DNA of 62,244 bases, counting the filler, from Ionaspis alba (taxonomy: Eukaryota), in assembly GCA_964255285.1 (NCBI GenBank). It is 2 parts of 2 records of this genome, joined end to end, with 100 filler letters (N's around TTAATTAATTAA, not from the genome) between each part and the next. Parts side by side here need not be neighbours in the genome. Positions count along the whole stretch, not along the records: positions 1 to 31,077 come from CAXUUL010000110.1; positions 31,178 to 62,244 come from CAXUUL010000111.1. One strand, written 5' to 3'. The notes under the pieces are model-generated. The model searched no databases. It saw nothing but the letters and a program-made list of their open reading frames with translations, and was not told where the DNA came from. Of this stretch, positions 28,326 to 39,774 are shown in pieces. Numbering within the stretch: position 1 is the stretch's first letter; every line of letters starts with the position of its first letter. The position numbers were made by a program, and so were the translations under genes.

Positions 28326-30314
28326 ATGTACTTCCCTACGATTACGTCTCCACAATCCCGCTTTGTCGCCTCTTTCCTGGCGATTCTGACTTTGTTACTC
28401 TTCTACCTCGCCTTCTCGAACACTCACCTCGCATATGCCTCCGAGGCCGAGTCGATAATACCCAGCGATCATAACCACCCGCTCGTTCAAGACCTACATC
28501 ATGAGGACCAGATACGAACACAATTGGAGTCAAGTGCTGGGGATGAACAATCGGAATACAGGCCAGATTTTCCGGGCCTGGGTGGACGCATCATTGGAAG
28601 ACAAGACAATTCCGCCCTCGCCAACAACGAACCTGGCAAGTCAAAAATAGCCTTTGGCGATACGCAGTACTGGGTTTTCCCGGAGAAAGAGCTTGGAGGC
28701 CAGGGCATTACGCCCGTGCAAAGACTTCCTCCAAGTCACGATAAAAGCAACGTTGAGATAGATTTGGGCAATCAAGCCCAAGGAGCAGAACTCAAGAAAC
28801 GACAGGCAGGCGATCGCATGTTGCATATCACTTTGAGTATCTGCAGTCAACCGGCTGCCATAGACAGCAGTCATAGTGATCCAGCACCTCCCTTGGAGCT
28901 TTACATTTCGTACGGCCCAGACAACAAGTTTCCTGGACCCAATTCCAGGGTTTCGGAGGGTCAGGTACCTACAAAAAAGGGACTGGCAACATATGCGAAC
29001 AATGTGTCTGGAGATTCCTTCTTCGGCGTGCATGCACCGTCTGCTCCGGGCTTCAATGGTGATTATAGTTATGAAATCACAGCCTCCATTGATGCGCTCT
29101 ATACAGGCTACGAGAATAGTCCAGGCCTCTTTTACTTGGACAGTGATACTCGTGCTGGTTTCTTTGTAACAAACAATCTGACCGCTTCCAATACCAGTGA
29201 TTCTGATAAAACTGCGTGGCTGTCAAGTGGATCGCCTTTCAGCATATTTGTCTACGATCAGAACGATCCGAAGATAGCCGGTCTCGAAAACTCTTACTGC
29301 TGCATGAAGAGCCAAGCTCCGATCAAAGGCAATGTCAAAGGGATCGAAAGTTCAAATGTCGAAGTGGGCATGACCAGCACGGGTGACGGTGGTCTTCCAA
29401 AGCAACAGTTCTACGTCAAGGATCTGAAAGGGAATTCGGCCTACTCTGCCGTGATGGCCTGGGATACCAACTACACCCAGACCGGGTCTAGCAAAGTCGG
29501 AGCAGGTGGTGTGGTCTGGCCGGCCATCGATTTCACTACCAAATCAGGTTGGTCTATGAATACAAGAATCTCACAGAGTCTAATGCTGACCGCTATTACA
29601 GACGAGACTTGCCAACTCATTTACAACCTAAGCTTCTGCGACACAGTAAACTACGCTGTGCCATCGAACAAGACATCGTTTCCTGACATCACCAGCCTGG
29701 CGAATGCCTATGACCAAAACGCCCTTGCTTACTTCCAGAATTTCTCCAACTCTCTCGACCAGGTCCCGTGCGATACCATATCCTCCGCCCAATACTCACT
29801 GGCAGCTAATTGCAACAACTGTACCGCCGCCTACAAACGCTGGCTGTGCGCCGTCACCATACCCCGCTGCGTAGATTTCTCCTCCACCCAAGGATACCTT
29901 CAGGGCCGCAGGCTCAACGCAACTTTCGCCAACGGAACCAGCGTGTTGTCCGGAAGTAGCGATATCGGATTCGGAGCCCCCATAAACTACTCTATAGCCA
30001 TGAATACATCACGCAATCCGTTCATCGACGCCGTCGTGCAACCGGGTCCATATAAGGAGCTTTTGCCTTGCAAGGACCTTTGCTACGGGCTTGTGCAGAT
30101 GTGTCCGGCTTCTCTGCAGTTTGCCTGTCCTCTGGAAGGAAAGGCGATGAATAGGAGCTATGGCAGTGGGAAGAACGCGGATGGGATTATGATGTGCAAT
30201 AAGCCTGGTGCTATATGGGGTACTAGTGGAACATACCTGCTGAGCCCGAGTGTGCTACTCGGGTTGATGGCGCTGTCGTTATATTCTGTCTTGGGGATCG
30301 TTGAAATCTTATGA
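28326..30314 (+). CDS. MID1: Stretch-activated Ca2+ channel subunit Mid1
   Basis: N-terminal hydrophobic segment; Cys-rich C-terminus CQLIYNLSFC..YAVP, YKRWLCAVTIPRC, PGPYKELLPC..LC...CP...FACP; hydrophobic tail; 54-nt in-frame intron 29548-29601. Confidence 0.92.
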   Translation: MYFPTITSPQSRFVASFLAILTLLLFYLAFSNTHLAYASEAESIIPSDHNHPLVQDLHHEDQIRTQLESSAGDEQSEYRPDFPGLGGRIIGRQDNSALANNEPGKSKIAFGDTQYWVFPEKELGGQGITPVQRLPPSHDKSNVEIDLGNQAQGAELKKRQAGDRMLHITLSICSQPAAIDSSHSDPAPPLELYISYGPDNKFPGPNSRVSEGQVPTKKGLATYANNVSGDSFFGVHAPSAPGFNGDYSYEITASIDALYTGYENSPGLFYLDSDTRAGFFVTNNLTASNTSDSDKTAWLSSGSPFSIFVYDQNDPKIAGLENSYCCMKSQAPIKGNVKGIESSNVEVGMTSTGDGGLPKQQFYVKDLKGNSAYSAVMAWDTNYTQTGSSKVGAGGVVWPAIDFTTKSGWSMNTRISQSLMLTAITDETCQLIYNLSFCDTVNYAVPSNKTSFPDITSLANAYDQNALAYFQNFSNSLDQVPCDTISSAQYSLAANCNNCTAAYKRWLCAVTIPRCVDFSSTQGYLQGRRLNATFANGTSVLSGSSDIGFGAPINYSIAMNTSRNPFIDAVVQPGPYKELLPCKDLCYGLVQMCPASLQFACPLEGKAMNRSYGSGKNADGIMMCNKPGAIWGTSGTYLLSPSVLLGLMALSLYSVLGIVEIL

Positions 30315-31077
30315 TGGAAGCATATTAGAAGGGGAGACAGCAATTGCATGGGCTGGAGTAAACTATACTGACGGGGACTACCAAATAGCTGCTGAGCATG
30401 GAGCTGGGGAGTCTGGAAATTTGTCAAGGCTGTATGTTGTTTTGGGACGATAATATGAATAAGCCCAATGCTTGTACTTGAAGAAGTTGCTACGTTTTTT
30501 CATTCCACGGTAGCTGAGCAAGAGCGGCATAAGCAAGTATGAACGCTTCCATTATGCGGTCAAAGTGACTCCCAATAAACGGGTCATAGGCAGGATTCTT
30601 CTGCCGCACAAGTCTAGCCCTTTGACTGGTGGAATGGAGGATATCGGTTTTTGCCGGAGGAATTGGAATCTCGGTGCTAAGCATGTACTCTATGCTTGCG
30701 TCTTGATGTTGACATGCATGCTCCTTTCCAACCATCAAGATTACTTGCATTGCCATCGAGATCGGCGCTCGGCGGGCTTCTACGCAACGTACATAGTCTA
30801 CGGATTAAGAAAGACAGCCACAGAAAAGTATGTCTAGCCCATGGCCTTAGGTCTCGGTCGTAGTTTATCATCCGAGTCAGGACGATTTCCCCAAGCCACC
30901 GCAGCTGCTACAGTAGTGTCGGCAGGCCAAACATCGGCAAGCGGCAGAAACAAAGGGCAACCTGAAGGAGGAACTGAAGGCAAAAACGACGAGACGAGGC
31001 CGAAAACTCGTTTCACAGCTCCAGAATCGAGAACGTTCGTCCGAAACCCATGCAGGTACCATCCGGCGCTTGTTTCT

Positions 31078-31177
31078 NNNNNNNNNNNNNNNNNNNNNNN
31101 NNNNNNNNNNNNNNNNNNNNNTTAATTAATTAANNNNNNNNNNNNNNNNNNNNNNNNNNNNNNNNNNNNNNNNNNNN
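31078..31177. other. Artificial contig-joining spacer (N-run containing TTAATTAATTAA)
   Basis: The 12-mer at 31122-31133 is embedded in Ns, is palindromic and has stops in all six frames. Confidence 0.9.
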
Positions 31178-31724
31178 TAGTCGATCGAAAGTACAGCTCT
31201 TGTTGCTATCGATGCGTCCAAACCTCCAGAAAATAAAAAAAGTAGCTGATGTCCCCAGCCAATAGACATCAAATCCTCTTTGGCTCTTCCCTCTCTCCTT
31301 GTCTCTCACCGCACAAACGCCACCGCCCAAAATAACCCGCTCTCTTCAAGACCAATGCCAGCACGAGTATGTATGTACATCAGATAAGCACAAACCGTCG
31401 AATAGCCCAGAGCCACCTGTGGGGAGAGAGGAAGAGATAAGATGAGAAAATAGGTGTCAACAGCCAGCAGTCATGATCGTACAATATCGTCTGTTGTACA
31501 ATCTCAGAGCACACAAAAGTGCTCAAGCTGATGGTTGTGGCTGCATATTCCAATCAATCTCAGATCCTCTGCTCCGGCCGTCTAATCAGGTTGAAAGTAT
31601 CTGCAAGTCGTAAAAGTCGTCGCGCATCGTCATACTTGCAGATCCTCAGCTTTTGGTAGACCTCGTCGGCCCTCAGGTTTCGTCCCCACGCGCTGCACTT
31701 TGTGAATTTGCTGTGAAAGATAAT

Positions 31725-33754
31725 CTATGAGTATCGACGCGAGCCAGCCATGACCTGCTGCCCGTTCTGCATCGCCATGTTGTAAGGGTTAGCGTGGTTG
31801 TTGTAATCGCCTTGCTGGTTGTGCATGTAGTTAGGGACACCCTGAGCTTGTTGGGAGATGGGACAGTCCTTGTGGGCGATGAGGATGGTTTTGAGGTTGA
31901 GAATTTCTTCGCGCATTTGGGTAACTTGGGCGGAGAGGGCGTCGTTTTCGCTGCTGAAGATTTCGACTTTGGCTTGTAGGTTGGCAAGCCACTGCTTTTT
32001 GCGTTGTCGGCATTTGAGCGCTGCGACTCTGTTTGAAGTATTAGTGATAGTAGATTAGAGCACACAGCTACGCAACCATACCTGTTCCTTTCGAGGAAAT
32101 TCTTTCGCTTCTCCTCATCTGTCATCTTCTTGCCATTCTCGTGGTACTGCTCCTCTTTGATGTTTTGATCCTCATCCGAATCCATGCCTTCCATACTCAT
32201 ATCCATATCTGCTGCCATCTGCCGTGCACTTGTGTTTCCGTTGTTGGCCTTTGCCTTCTTGGCGGCTGGCTGCTTCGATGGTGTCTCTTCCGCCTTTCGT
32301 CTGGCATTTGCACCTTTCCCCGCCGAGTTCTTCTTGGCCTTCCCTCTCGTGTTAGGTCGTGACTGATCTGCATTGTCCGACATCTCCGCGCTCATTTCAC
32401 TTTGATCTTGAATTGAGCCTCCTACACTGCCACCTATCGATCCTGCCGCATTTCGAGTAGCACGTTTTGCGAGATTTGGAGATGTGTCTTGCGAGGCTCC
32501 GGTGCCAGCCATAGTATGTGCCGGTTGAGTCGGCATGGCAAATTGATTGTTCGACTGTGTTTCGTTGCCAGCCTGGGCAAGTAAGAACAAACCGTTGGCA
32601 GCATCATTATCATGCTGTCCGAAATGTTGATGTGATGGTTGCTGTTGCTCCATGTTTGCGACCTGTGCACGTTGCTCCTGCGGTTGAGTAGTGGCTTGGT
32701 TTCCAAAGGCTTGATTCTCGTTCTTCCTAGCAGCTGCAACATTCATTGCTGTTCGATGAAAGTCCAAAGTGCTGGGGGTAGCACCACCATTGGCGAGCTG
32801 CGAGAAGAGTGCTTGAGAGTTTGGGCTTGGAGCCGGGAACATAGACCCGCCTCCACCGGGTGTAAGTCCAGTTCGCAGAGACGACTCGTTTGGGGTGGGA
32901 AAACCTCCTCTTAGATGACTATCGAAGTAGTCCCCGGTCCCGGTCGGTCCGCTAAGCATAGCAGGACTCAACGGTCCTGACCTCAGAGAATTCGACCAAC
33001 TGTATCCTCCTCCTCCAAGGCTCGCGTTGCCAGTCAAGGGAGCGGGAGAAGTCAACGCGGCTACTGGTGGCAGCAGGGACTTTCCAGGTGTTTCCGTCGA
33101 TGGATTGCCGAAAGACTGTTCGAAAAGATTCGGCTCGAGCGAGTATTGGCTGTTATGTACGGCTGAGAAGTAATCTCCCCCTTCGGATGCGGTCGACTGT
33201 TGCTGTTGGAGTGAAGCAGGTCTAGGTGGTGGAGCGAGCGGTTGGGCAATATCTGCATTGGAAGTCGCCTTGACGTCCTTACTATCAGTATCGCTAGCAG
33301 CTTGCTTCGATATCGAGGGAGGATCTGATAAGATATTAGTTGTCGAAGTCGACGGATGGTGGATGATGTTGCGCGACGGCGACAATGAAGCATACCTGGT
33401 CGTGGTGGCGACTTCTTCTCGAATTCCCGACTCAACTGCGACGAAGTGTCTTTCTTTGATTTGTCTACACGATCCATGGATCAGCAATGAGATGATACTC
33501 GAGATGCGACGATGATGTCACTTTAGAGTTGATAGGATTCGATATGGATATGTGGATTTCTTCGGGTCGATGTCATGGTAATATGGGGATGCGTAGTGAT
33601 GCGGGTAGTAGGTGATGGGGACAGCGACACCCATCGCGACAGTGGACTTACCTTCTGATTTCACGACATTTCTCTTATTATCCATGGGTGAATGAGTCCT
33701 AGAGGCCGGTCGGGGCATGTGGGGAGGGTTTCTCTGCGCAACGGCCGCTGACAT
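31725..33754 (-). CDS. atfA: bZIP ATF/CREB stress transcription factor AtfA/Atf1, 3 exons
   Basis: SLEPNLFEQSF, LLPPVAALTSP, SLRSGPLSPAML, RTGLTPGGGGSMFP, AANGLFLLAQ and bZIP EEKRKNFLERNR|VAALKCRQRKKQWL...AHKDC. Confidence 0.95.
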
Positions 33755-35354
33755 ATCCCTCGATGACGAAATCGGGGGGGGTACGAAGCAGAGAGGAGGG
33801 CGAAGTCTTGGAATGCGCGACGAGGTAACGAGTATGTACCAAGAGGAGGGGGATTAGCGGATGGACACAAAGCCAGTGGAGGACAGTGAACAAGGGTTGA
33901 GTGCTGATTGCGACCGAAAGTAGCTTTGCAGGTACAGAATAGCAGGCTCAGGCGCAGAAACGGGTTGCAGGTTTGTGGATTGTGGGATGAAAAATAGGTG
34001 GTGGCTACGCAGCGATGATGTCGTAGGAGGAACAAGCGTCTTTGGGTGGAACGGCCTTCGTTTTGCTTTCTTTTGCTTCGTTTCAGGAGAAACAAGAGCA
34101 ATAAAGTTGTGCAGGTTGCTCTGATTTCTCACTCGATAGACCTGGCTGATGATAGATGATGGATGATGGAAGGGAACAACTAATGGTCGAGTTGGCCAGC
34201 TGAAGAGGGAGAGGAAAAAATCACGGGGAGCGCTTGGCACTAAGTTTATCGCAGGGGAAGAGTGCGAGACTGTGAGGAGATCTTCCACTATCCTCAAAGT
34301 GGCCACTATCTAGACACTCACTTCCGCTATTCCACAAGCATGAGATGAGCCAGCAAGATGTCTATGGTTACCGTAATAATGTCCGATTTACGAGCTGTCT
34401 TGTATACTCGTTACATTGTAAATTCTACCTGAGGCTTTTCCAGTCGAGTACAAAAGTCCTACTCGACGACTTCGTACGTTTTGCTGCCACGAGTACAAAA
34501 AAAGATGAATGACGTAAGAGTATTCGATCGCGGTATTGGAAGCGCTAAAAGTGGAGAAAAATAGGAGATCTGCACTGTTGGACCCGATGCCGACAGAGCC
34601 ACATCCAATATTGCAACAAGAGGACACCTTTGCTGGAAGGTTGTGGATGTTTATTGTTATTAGTGTTGTTGTTGTTGAAATAAAGATGGTGATGATGATT
34701 GACTTTAGATCTGTGTTTATGTTGGATGAAGTCACTGTTGAGGTCATCGCCATGCTTATCCTGCGTAAGTGCGTAGGCGGCTCATCGACATCGTCAGTTG
34801 ATCACGTGCATGGTCCTATTTATGCGACAGAGTCTAAAAATATACCTCATTAGTGATACTGCATGATTGAAACATCACCCTTTCAGTATTTATTGATTGC
34901 ACCCCACTTTTCATAATTGTATTTGTTTGTAGAACGTACAATGATGTCTAGTTCTCCGGCTATGCTTATAGTCCATATCACTCACTCGGCATACAAAATA
35001 GAGATGAGGCACGTTAAACCCGAGGCATATGTGTGAGGTTTGCGGCACACAGGCACAACCTCATAGTCTGTGTCTATCATGAACAATTTGTATTGAACTG
35101 ACTTGAATAAGTAAAAGCTCACCTAATCCCTAACTCAAAGATATTCGTGGGGCAATCTCCTCCTTTGTATAATCTTGTCAATATGGTATACATTCGATGC
35201 CTGTTTGCCACGAACTTTACACAGCATGCCGATAGAAGAGACAGAGCAGAGTTGCGTAGAGCGAAGTGGAACATCCAGAATGTCAGGGATTCTCAATGTC
35301 CAGCTTACACTGGTCACTGATCCCAGCCGTAGTGTGGCTCGACAGAACTTCAGT

Positions 35355-36119
35355 CTATCTTTTCAGAGATCCAGGTGTCCATGCTTGAGGTTGCCAACCC
35401 TCTCCTGGATTCCCTTTCTTCGTCTTCCAAGGATCTTCCTTCTCTTCCCGTGATTCCGGTCTTTCCTGCTTGAGATTCGATGTTTCTCCAGCATCACCGA
35501 CTAAGTTCCTCACACCTTCCTTTTCATCAGGTTCCGTCTTTCCAACGTAACCTCCTTTGTCCCTCGGTAAGGTCGCTGGTCCAGGTTGTGACCTTTCTTT
35601 GGGTGCATCAAGGAAAGAAGGCTTGGCTGCCCACCGTTCATCGGCGAGTTGTGCTAAATACTTGAGCTGCTGTTGCCGTTGAACGTCATGCTGCTGTTCT
35701 GCAATACTTGGTGGGTCATGACGTGTATGACGAAGCCATTGATGCCATTGTGCTGTGTTTCCCAGTGTCAGCTACGTCTAAATTACGGTATATGTAGAAA
35801 TGTGTGTGAAATGGCATACGGGATATTTTGATATCTGAGTAATGTGTCTGTGGACCATACTGAGCAATGCGGCGAAAGCGGTTTGCGGTTATGCTATCTT
35901 TGAACTCCCAGAACGTATTGCCGGCCAGATCCATACCTGCTCATGAGTCCTTGTTAGTGGCGCCCAGGCTGATATGTAGAACGATTAAGACAGGTGCCTT
36001 AGGAGGTGCTAATCAACGGGAATGGCAGTACCAGCAAGTCTTCTCCTCCGCCATGGAAGATTGAGACTCTTCCATTTGAGCCAAACTCGTCTTAATGGAC
36101 CGACAGATGCAGAAGACAT
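35355..36119 (-). CDS. NDUFA12-family complex I assembly factor (NDUFAF2/N7BML-like), 3 exons
   Basis: WKSLNLPWRRRRLAG|MDLAGNTFWEF, PQWHQWLRHTRHDPPS, C-terminal PGEGWQPQAWTP. Confidence 0.85.
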
Positions 36120-36239
36120 GGTCTGCAAATGTATATTCANNNNNNNNNNNNNNNNNNNNNNNNNNNNNNNNNNNNNNNNNNNNNNNNNNNNNNNNNNNNN
36201 NNNNNNNNNNNNNNNNNNNNNNNNNNNNNNNNNNNNNNN

Positions 36240-38339
36240 GATAAAGACCTTCGCAACATGCGACTAGAGAAATATACCCCAAGATTGGCAAATGAGGCTA
36301 GAGAATGGATAGAAGAGGTACTAGCCACAAGATTGCAACCTGGAGATTTACTAGAGGCTCTGAAAGATGGCACAGCCCTTTGCAAGTACGTCTACTGCCT
36401 AGATACGCATCTCCGCCTGGATAAGCATGGAATCTAACTTCTGAGTAACAGATTGGTAAACCTAGCAATTGCACCACCTGGGGTCCGCTACAAAGAGTCT
36501 CCTATGCCTTTCGTACAAATGGAAAACATATCTCATTTCCTGAGAGTGTGTCAAAGTCCGCCACTCAACCTACAGCCACACGACGTGTTCCAAACCGTTG
36601 ATCTGTACGAGGCGAAGGATCCGGCGCAAGTCCTACAGTGCATCGGAGCGTTCAGTCGACGGGCGAATGCCGTCAATCCAGCCAGGTTTCCGAGGGCAAT
36701 GGGGAAGAGCAAGCAAGGTATTGTGAGTCCACAGCTGACAGGTGGAAGCAATAGCGGCTATATTAGTGGTCAAAGAGGAAGAGGCACAAGTAATGCCAGT
36801 GAAAGCAGCACATCGACGTACACTTCTCCTTCGTGGGGCATTAGTGGAAGAGCTAGTCCTACGAAGAACGGAACCACTTCGCCCACTGCTGGGGCTAGCA
36901 CTTGGAGCAAAAAATCAGACACCGCGGCTACTGGTCCAGCTTGGAATAATGGCTACAATCTGTTGACGAGTGGTTACATGGGTGGCGCGAGCCAAGGTAA
37001 TCAGGGGATCATGTTTGGCGGTCGCCGACAGATCACTACGCCAGCCCCCAAAGTGCCGAGTCTGGCAGAAAAGGAGAGAAAACGACGGGAGCAGGAAGCA
37101 GAGGATGAACGCTTAAGGCTTGCTGCAGAAGAAGCTGAGCGCAAGCGGCGTGAGGAACGTGAAGCAGAGGAAGAGCGAGAAAGGATAGCAGAGGAGAGGA
37201 GATGGGAAGAGGAGACAAAGAGGCAGAGGGAAAAGGAAAGGAGGGAAGCAGAAGAGGAGAAGCGGAAATGGGAAGCGGAGGAAAGGAGATGGAAGGAAGA
37301 GGAAGAAATTCGACTTCGAGAAGAAAAGGAAACCGAAGCCAGACTCGAAAAGGAGAGACAGCGCAAAAGGGCTGTGAGTGATGCTCGTCTGCAAGGGCAA
37401 TTCTTGAGTCAATATCAAGCTCAACAGCGGCAATTGCCGAAGAGCCCTAGTAGCGAGGACCCCGAACGGATAGCTGAGCGAGAACGGATGAAAGATCTCG
37501 AACGACAGTTAGAAGAAGCAAAGGAGCGTGAAAGGCAGTATGAACGGGAGCGGCAAGAGCGACTGCAAGCTGAGTCTCGGAATATTGCTCCGACTGACAA
37601 AGAGACCGCGCCACCGCCCAAGCCGCCTCCAAAAGACCAATCACCTCCATCCAATGGCCCTTCCGACGATTCATGGCAAGCAGATGAGCGAGACTATCTC
37701 CGCCAGCAATGGTCAGACCATCAAAGCAAACACCCCATCGCCGTCTCAGCACCCAAATTAAACAATCCCCCTCAGCCACCTCGACCTCTACCGACTCCTC
37801 AAACCAAGCATTCCTCGTCGCACCGCCCACTTCCACCGGTGTCGCCACCCTCACCTACTCCCTCCCCTCCACCATCACTACCATCCCGGCCCCTTCCAAA
37901 TCCCCAAACCTACACACCCACTCCCTCACGCACAGAAGCATACCTATCCAGTCATCCCCCGCCGACCCCTCACACTCCGCAAACGCACACCCCTGCCACA
38001 GCCGCGCACACCTCCACGAGCGAAGCCGACGCCGAGACCGCACGTCGCCTCGCCTCGCAGCAGAAGACGAAAGCCGGAGGCTGGGCCTCAAAATCTCTGC
38101 TCGAGCGTGAAATGGAACGTGAACGCCAGCGGCAACAGGAGTGGGAGGAGAGCCAGAAACAGACGAAGGAGGCTGTGGAAAAGGGTGTCAAGGAAGGCGG
38201 CAGTGGGCCGGGGGAGAGTTGGGATGTCAATCAGTATGGATACACGGGTGGAGATAATCAGAACAGAGGTGCTGGCATCAACTTCGGAGGCAGGAGGCAG
38301 ATTTTGGGACCTAGGCCACTAGGGCCCAGACCGTCGTAG
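36240..38339 (+). CDS. Calponin-homology protein with calponin repeats, E/R-rich helix and Pro-rich region; start in N gap
   Basis: DKDLRNMRL..Y, WIEEVL, LKDGTALCK, MPFVQMENISHFL, FQTVDLYEAKDPAQV; two GY.GG...FGGRRQI repeats. Confidence 0.85.
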
Positions 38340-38580
38340 AGGATGTCATGAGACGGTATGAATGAGAATGATAAGGGTCCGGAGCGGTTTTGGGGAAAGG
38401 GCTTTTGATGAAGCGTAAGGGTGGTAGCTGATGCGACTATGAGCTTGGAATTCGTAGCATTTGACTGTTCTTATCAACATCCAATGCATAGTGTGACACC
38501 ACCCTTGATCAAGCGATCTGCTGCAAAGATTCTGTCCATTTTCTCACCGCAAACGCCACAGTTCGCTTTCCCCCCTTTCA

Positions 38581-39467
38581 TCACCGCCTATCATCCCCTC
38601 CTCCAAAGCCTGGTGGTGGTCCGAACCCTTGCTGTCCACCTGGACTAGGCCCTATCCCTTGTGGCGGTCCGAACTGTGGAGGCGGAAACCTAAAGTCAGG
38701 AGGCATGCCGCCAGGTGGTGGGAAAGGCATCCCGCCTGGCATCGGAGGCATCGGAGGCATCCCGCCCTGAGCGTTTGGTGGAAAAGCAGGGAAGGGCATT
38801 CCATGGCCGGGTGTTGGTGCTATAGCGGATAGAGTCAGAAATCATGACTGCTTGGGGCGCGTTGGAAGTGGAAATTATAGCGGTGGAGGGGGAGATGGGG
38901 AACTTACGAGGAAATCCACCCGGTGGTCCGCCGGGCATACCGAATGGAGGTGGCATCATACCGCCTGGAGAGGCAGGAAGTCAGTGTTATGCTGAGATGT
39001 GAGTTAGAGGTTTTGATAGGTCGAGACGTACCAGGGAATCCGAAAGGTGGAGGTGGAAAGGGTTGCCCCGGACCTGGCTGCTGCCCCAGCATGGGGTTCG
39101 AGCCTGCCTGCCCTTCGGCGGCATAGGAGGATGTGATGGAGTCGATGACGGATTGTGCCTTCTCATGACCGATTTCTGTCCAGCATTATCAGCAACTTAC
39201 TCATGGAGACTGTCGTATTCGCAGCGATGAGCTTGTGTCAGGAGTATATACGTTGGTAGTAGTCCACCACGTTTCGCAGATGGTTCTTCCCGCTATTGTG
39301 TGCTTTCCGCACGCTCATGGAGTCGTGGGTGAGGTAGACATCGCAATAATCGCCTTGAAGGAGTCAGCTTGATGCAGTCATAGGCTTGGATGGATTTGTG
39401 GAGAGCCTACAGAAGAGTGCGCCGAGTTAGTGAAGATCTGAGGAGGCAAGAAAGGGGACTTATATTT
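38581..39467 (-). CDS. YHC1: U1 small nuclear ribonucleoprotein C; ATG lies in the adjacent N gap
   Basis: Matrin-type finger (KFF)[51 protein letters not shown] and a Pro/Gly/Met-rich tail. Confidence 0.95.
39417..39463 (-). other. Non-canonical AT-AC intron (U2-like signals) in U1-C
   Basis: 47 nt: ATAAGT...CTAAC(39430-39426)...AC; removing it and the next GT-AG intron restores AAA TTC TTC TGC GAT TAT TGC. Confidence 0.75.
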
Positions 39468-39774
39468 NNNNNNNNNNNNNNNNNNNNNNNNNNNNNNNNN
39501 NNNNNNNNNNNNNNNNNNNNNNNNNNNNNNNNNNNNNNNNNNNNNNNNNNNNNNNNNNNNNNNNNNNAAAGGGTGCTGTATATCAACATACATTCGTGGC
39601 TCACGATACTCCGGTTCAGGATTCTGAAAAGGAGTAATTATAAAATTAAATCCAGTATCAGTATTCAAAAGCAACCACAGAGAACTCCTATCCCAGAGGT
39701 ATCTCCGTGAGTTCCAAAGAATGCAGCGTATGCAATCATCTTAAACATGCTCCATTCCCCTGCGCTGCCATGCA

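Noticed and set aside
34388..34853. Overlapping ORFs upstream of atfA
   Set aside because: Low-complexity GTT/GAT-rich sequence with no recognisable domain or splice structure
37001..37654. Antisense Ser/Leu/Phe-rich ORFs
   Set aside because: Shadow frames of the E/R-rich coding region
38700..38770. GGCATC(GGA) tandem repeats as a repeat array
   Set aside because: They encode the MPP repeats of the U1-C Pro-rich tail
39417..39463. U12-type (minor spliceosome) intron
   Set aside because: It has AT-AC ends but lacks the ATATCC donor and TCCTTAAC branch; ATAAGT and CTAAC are U2-like
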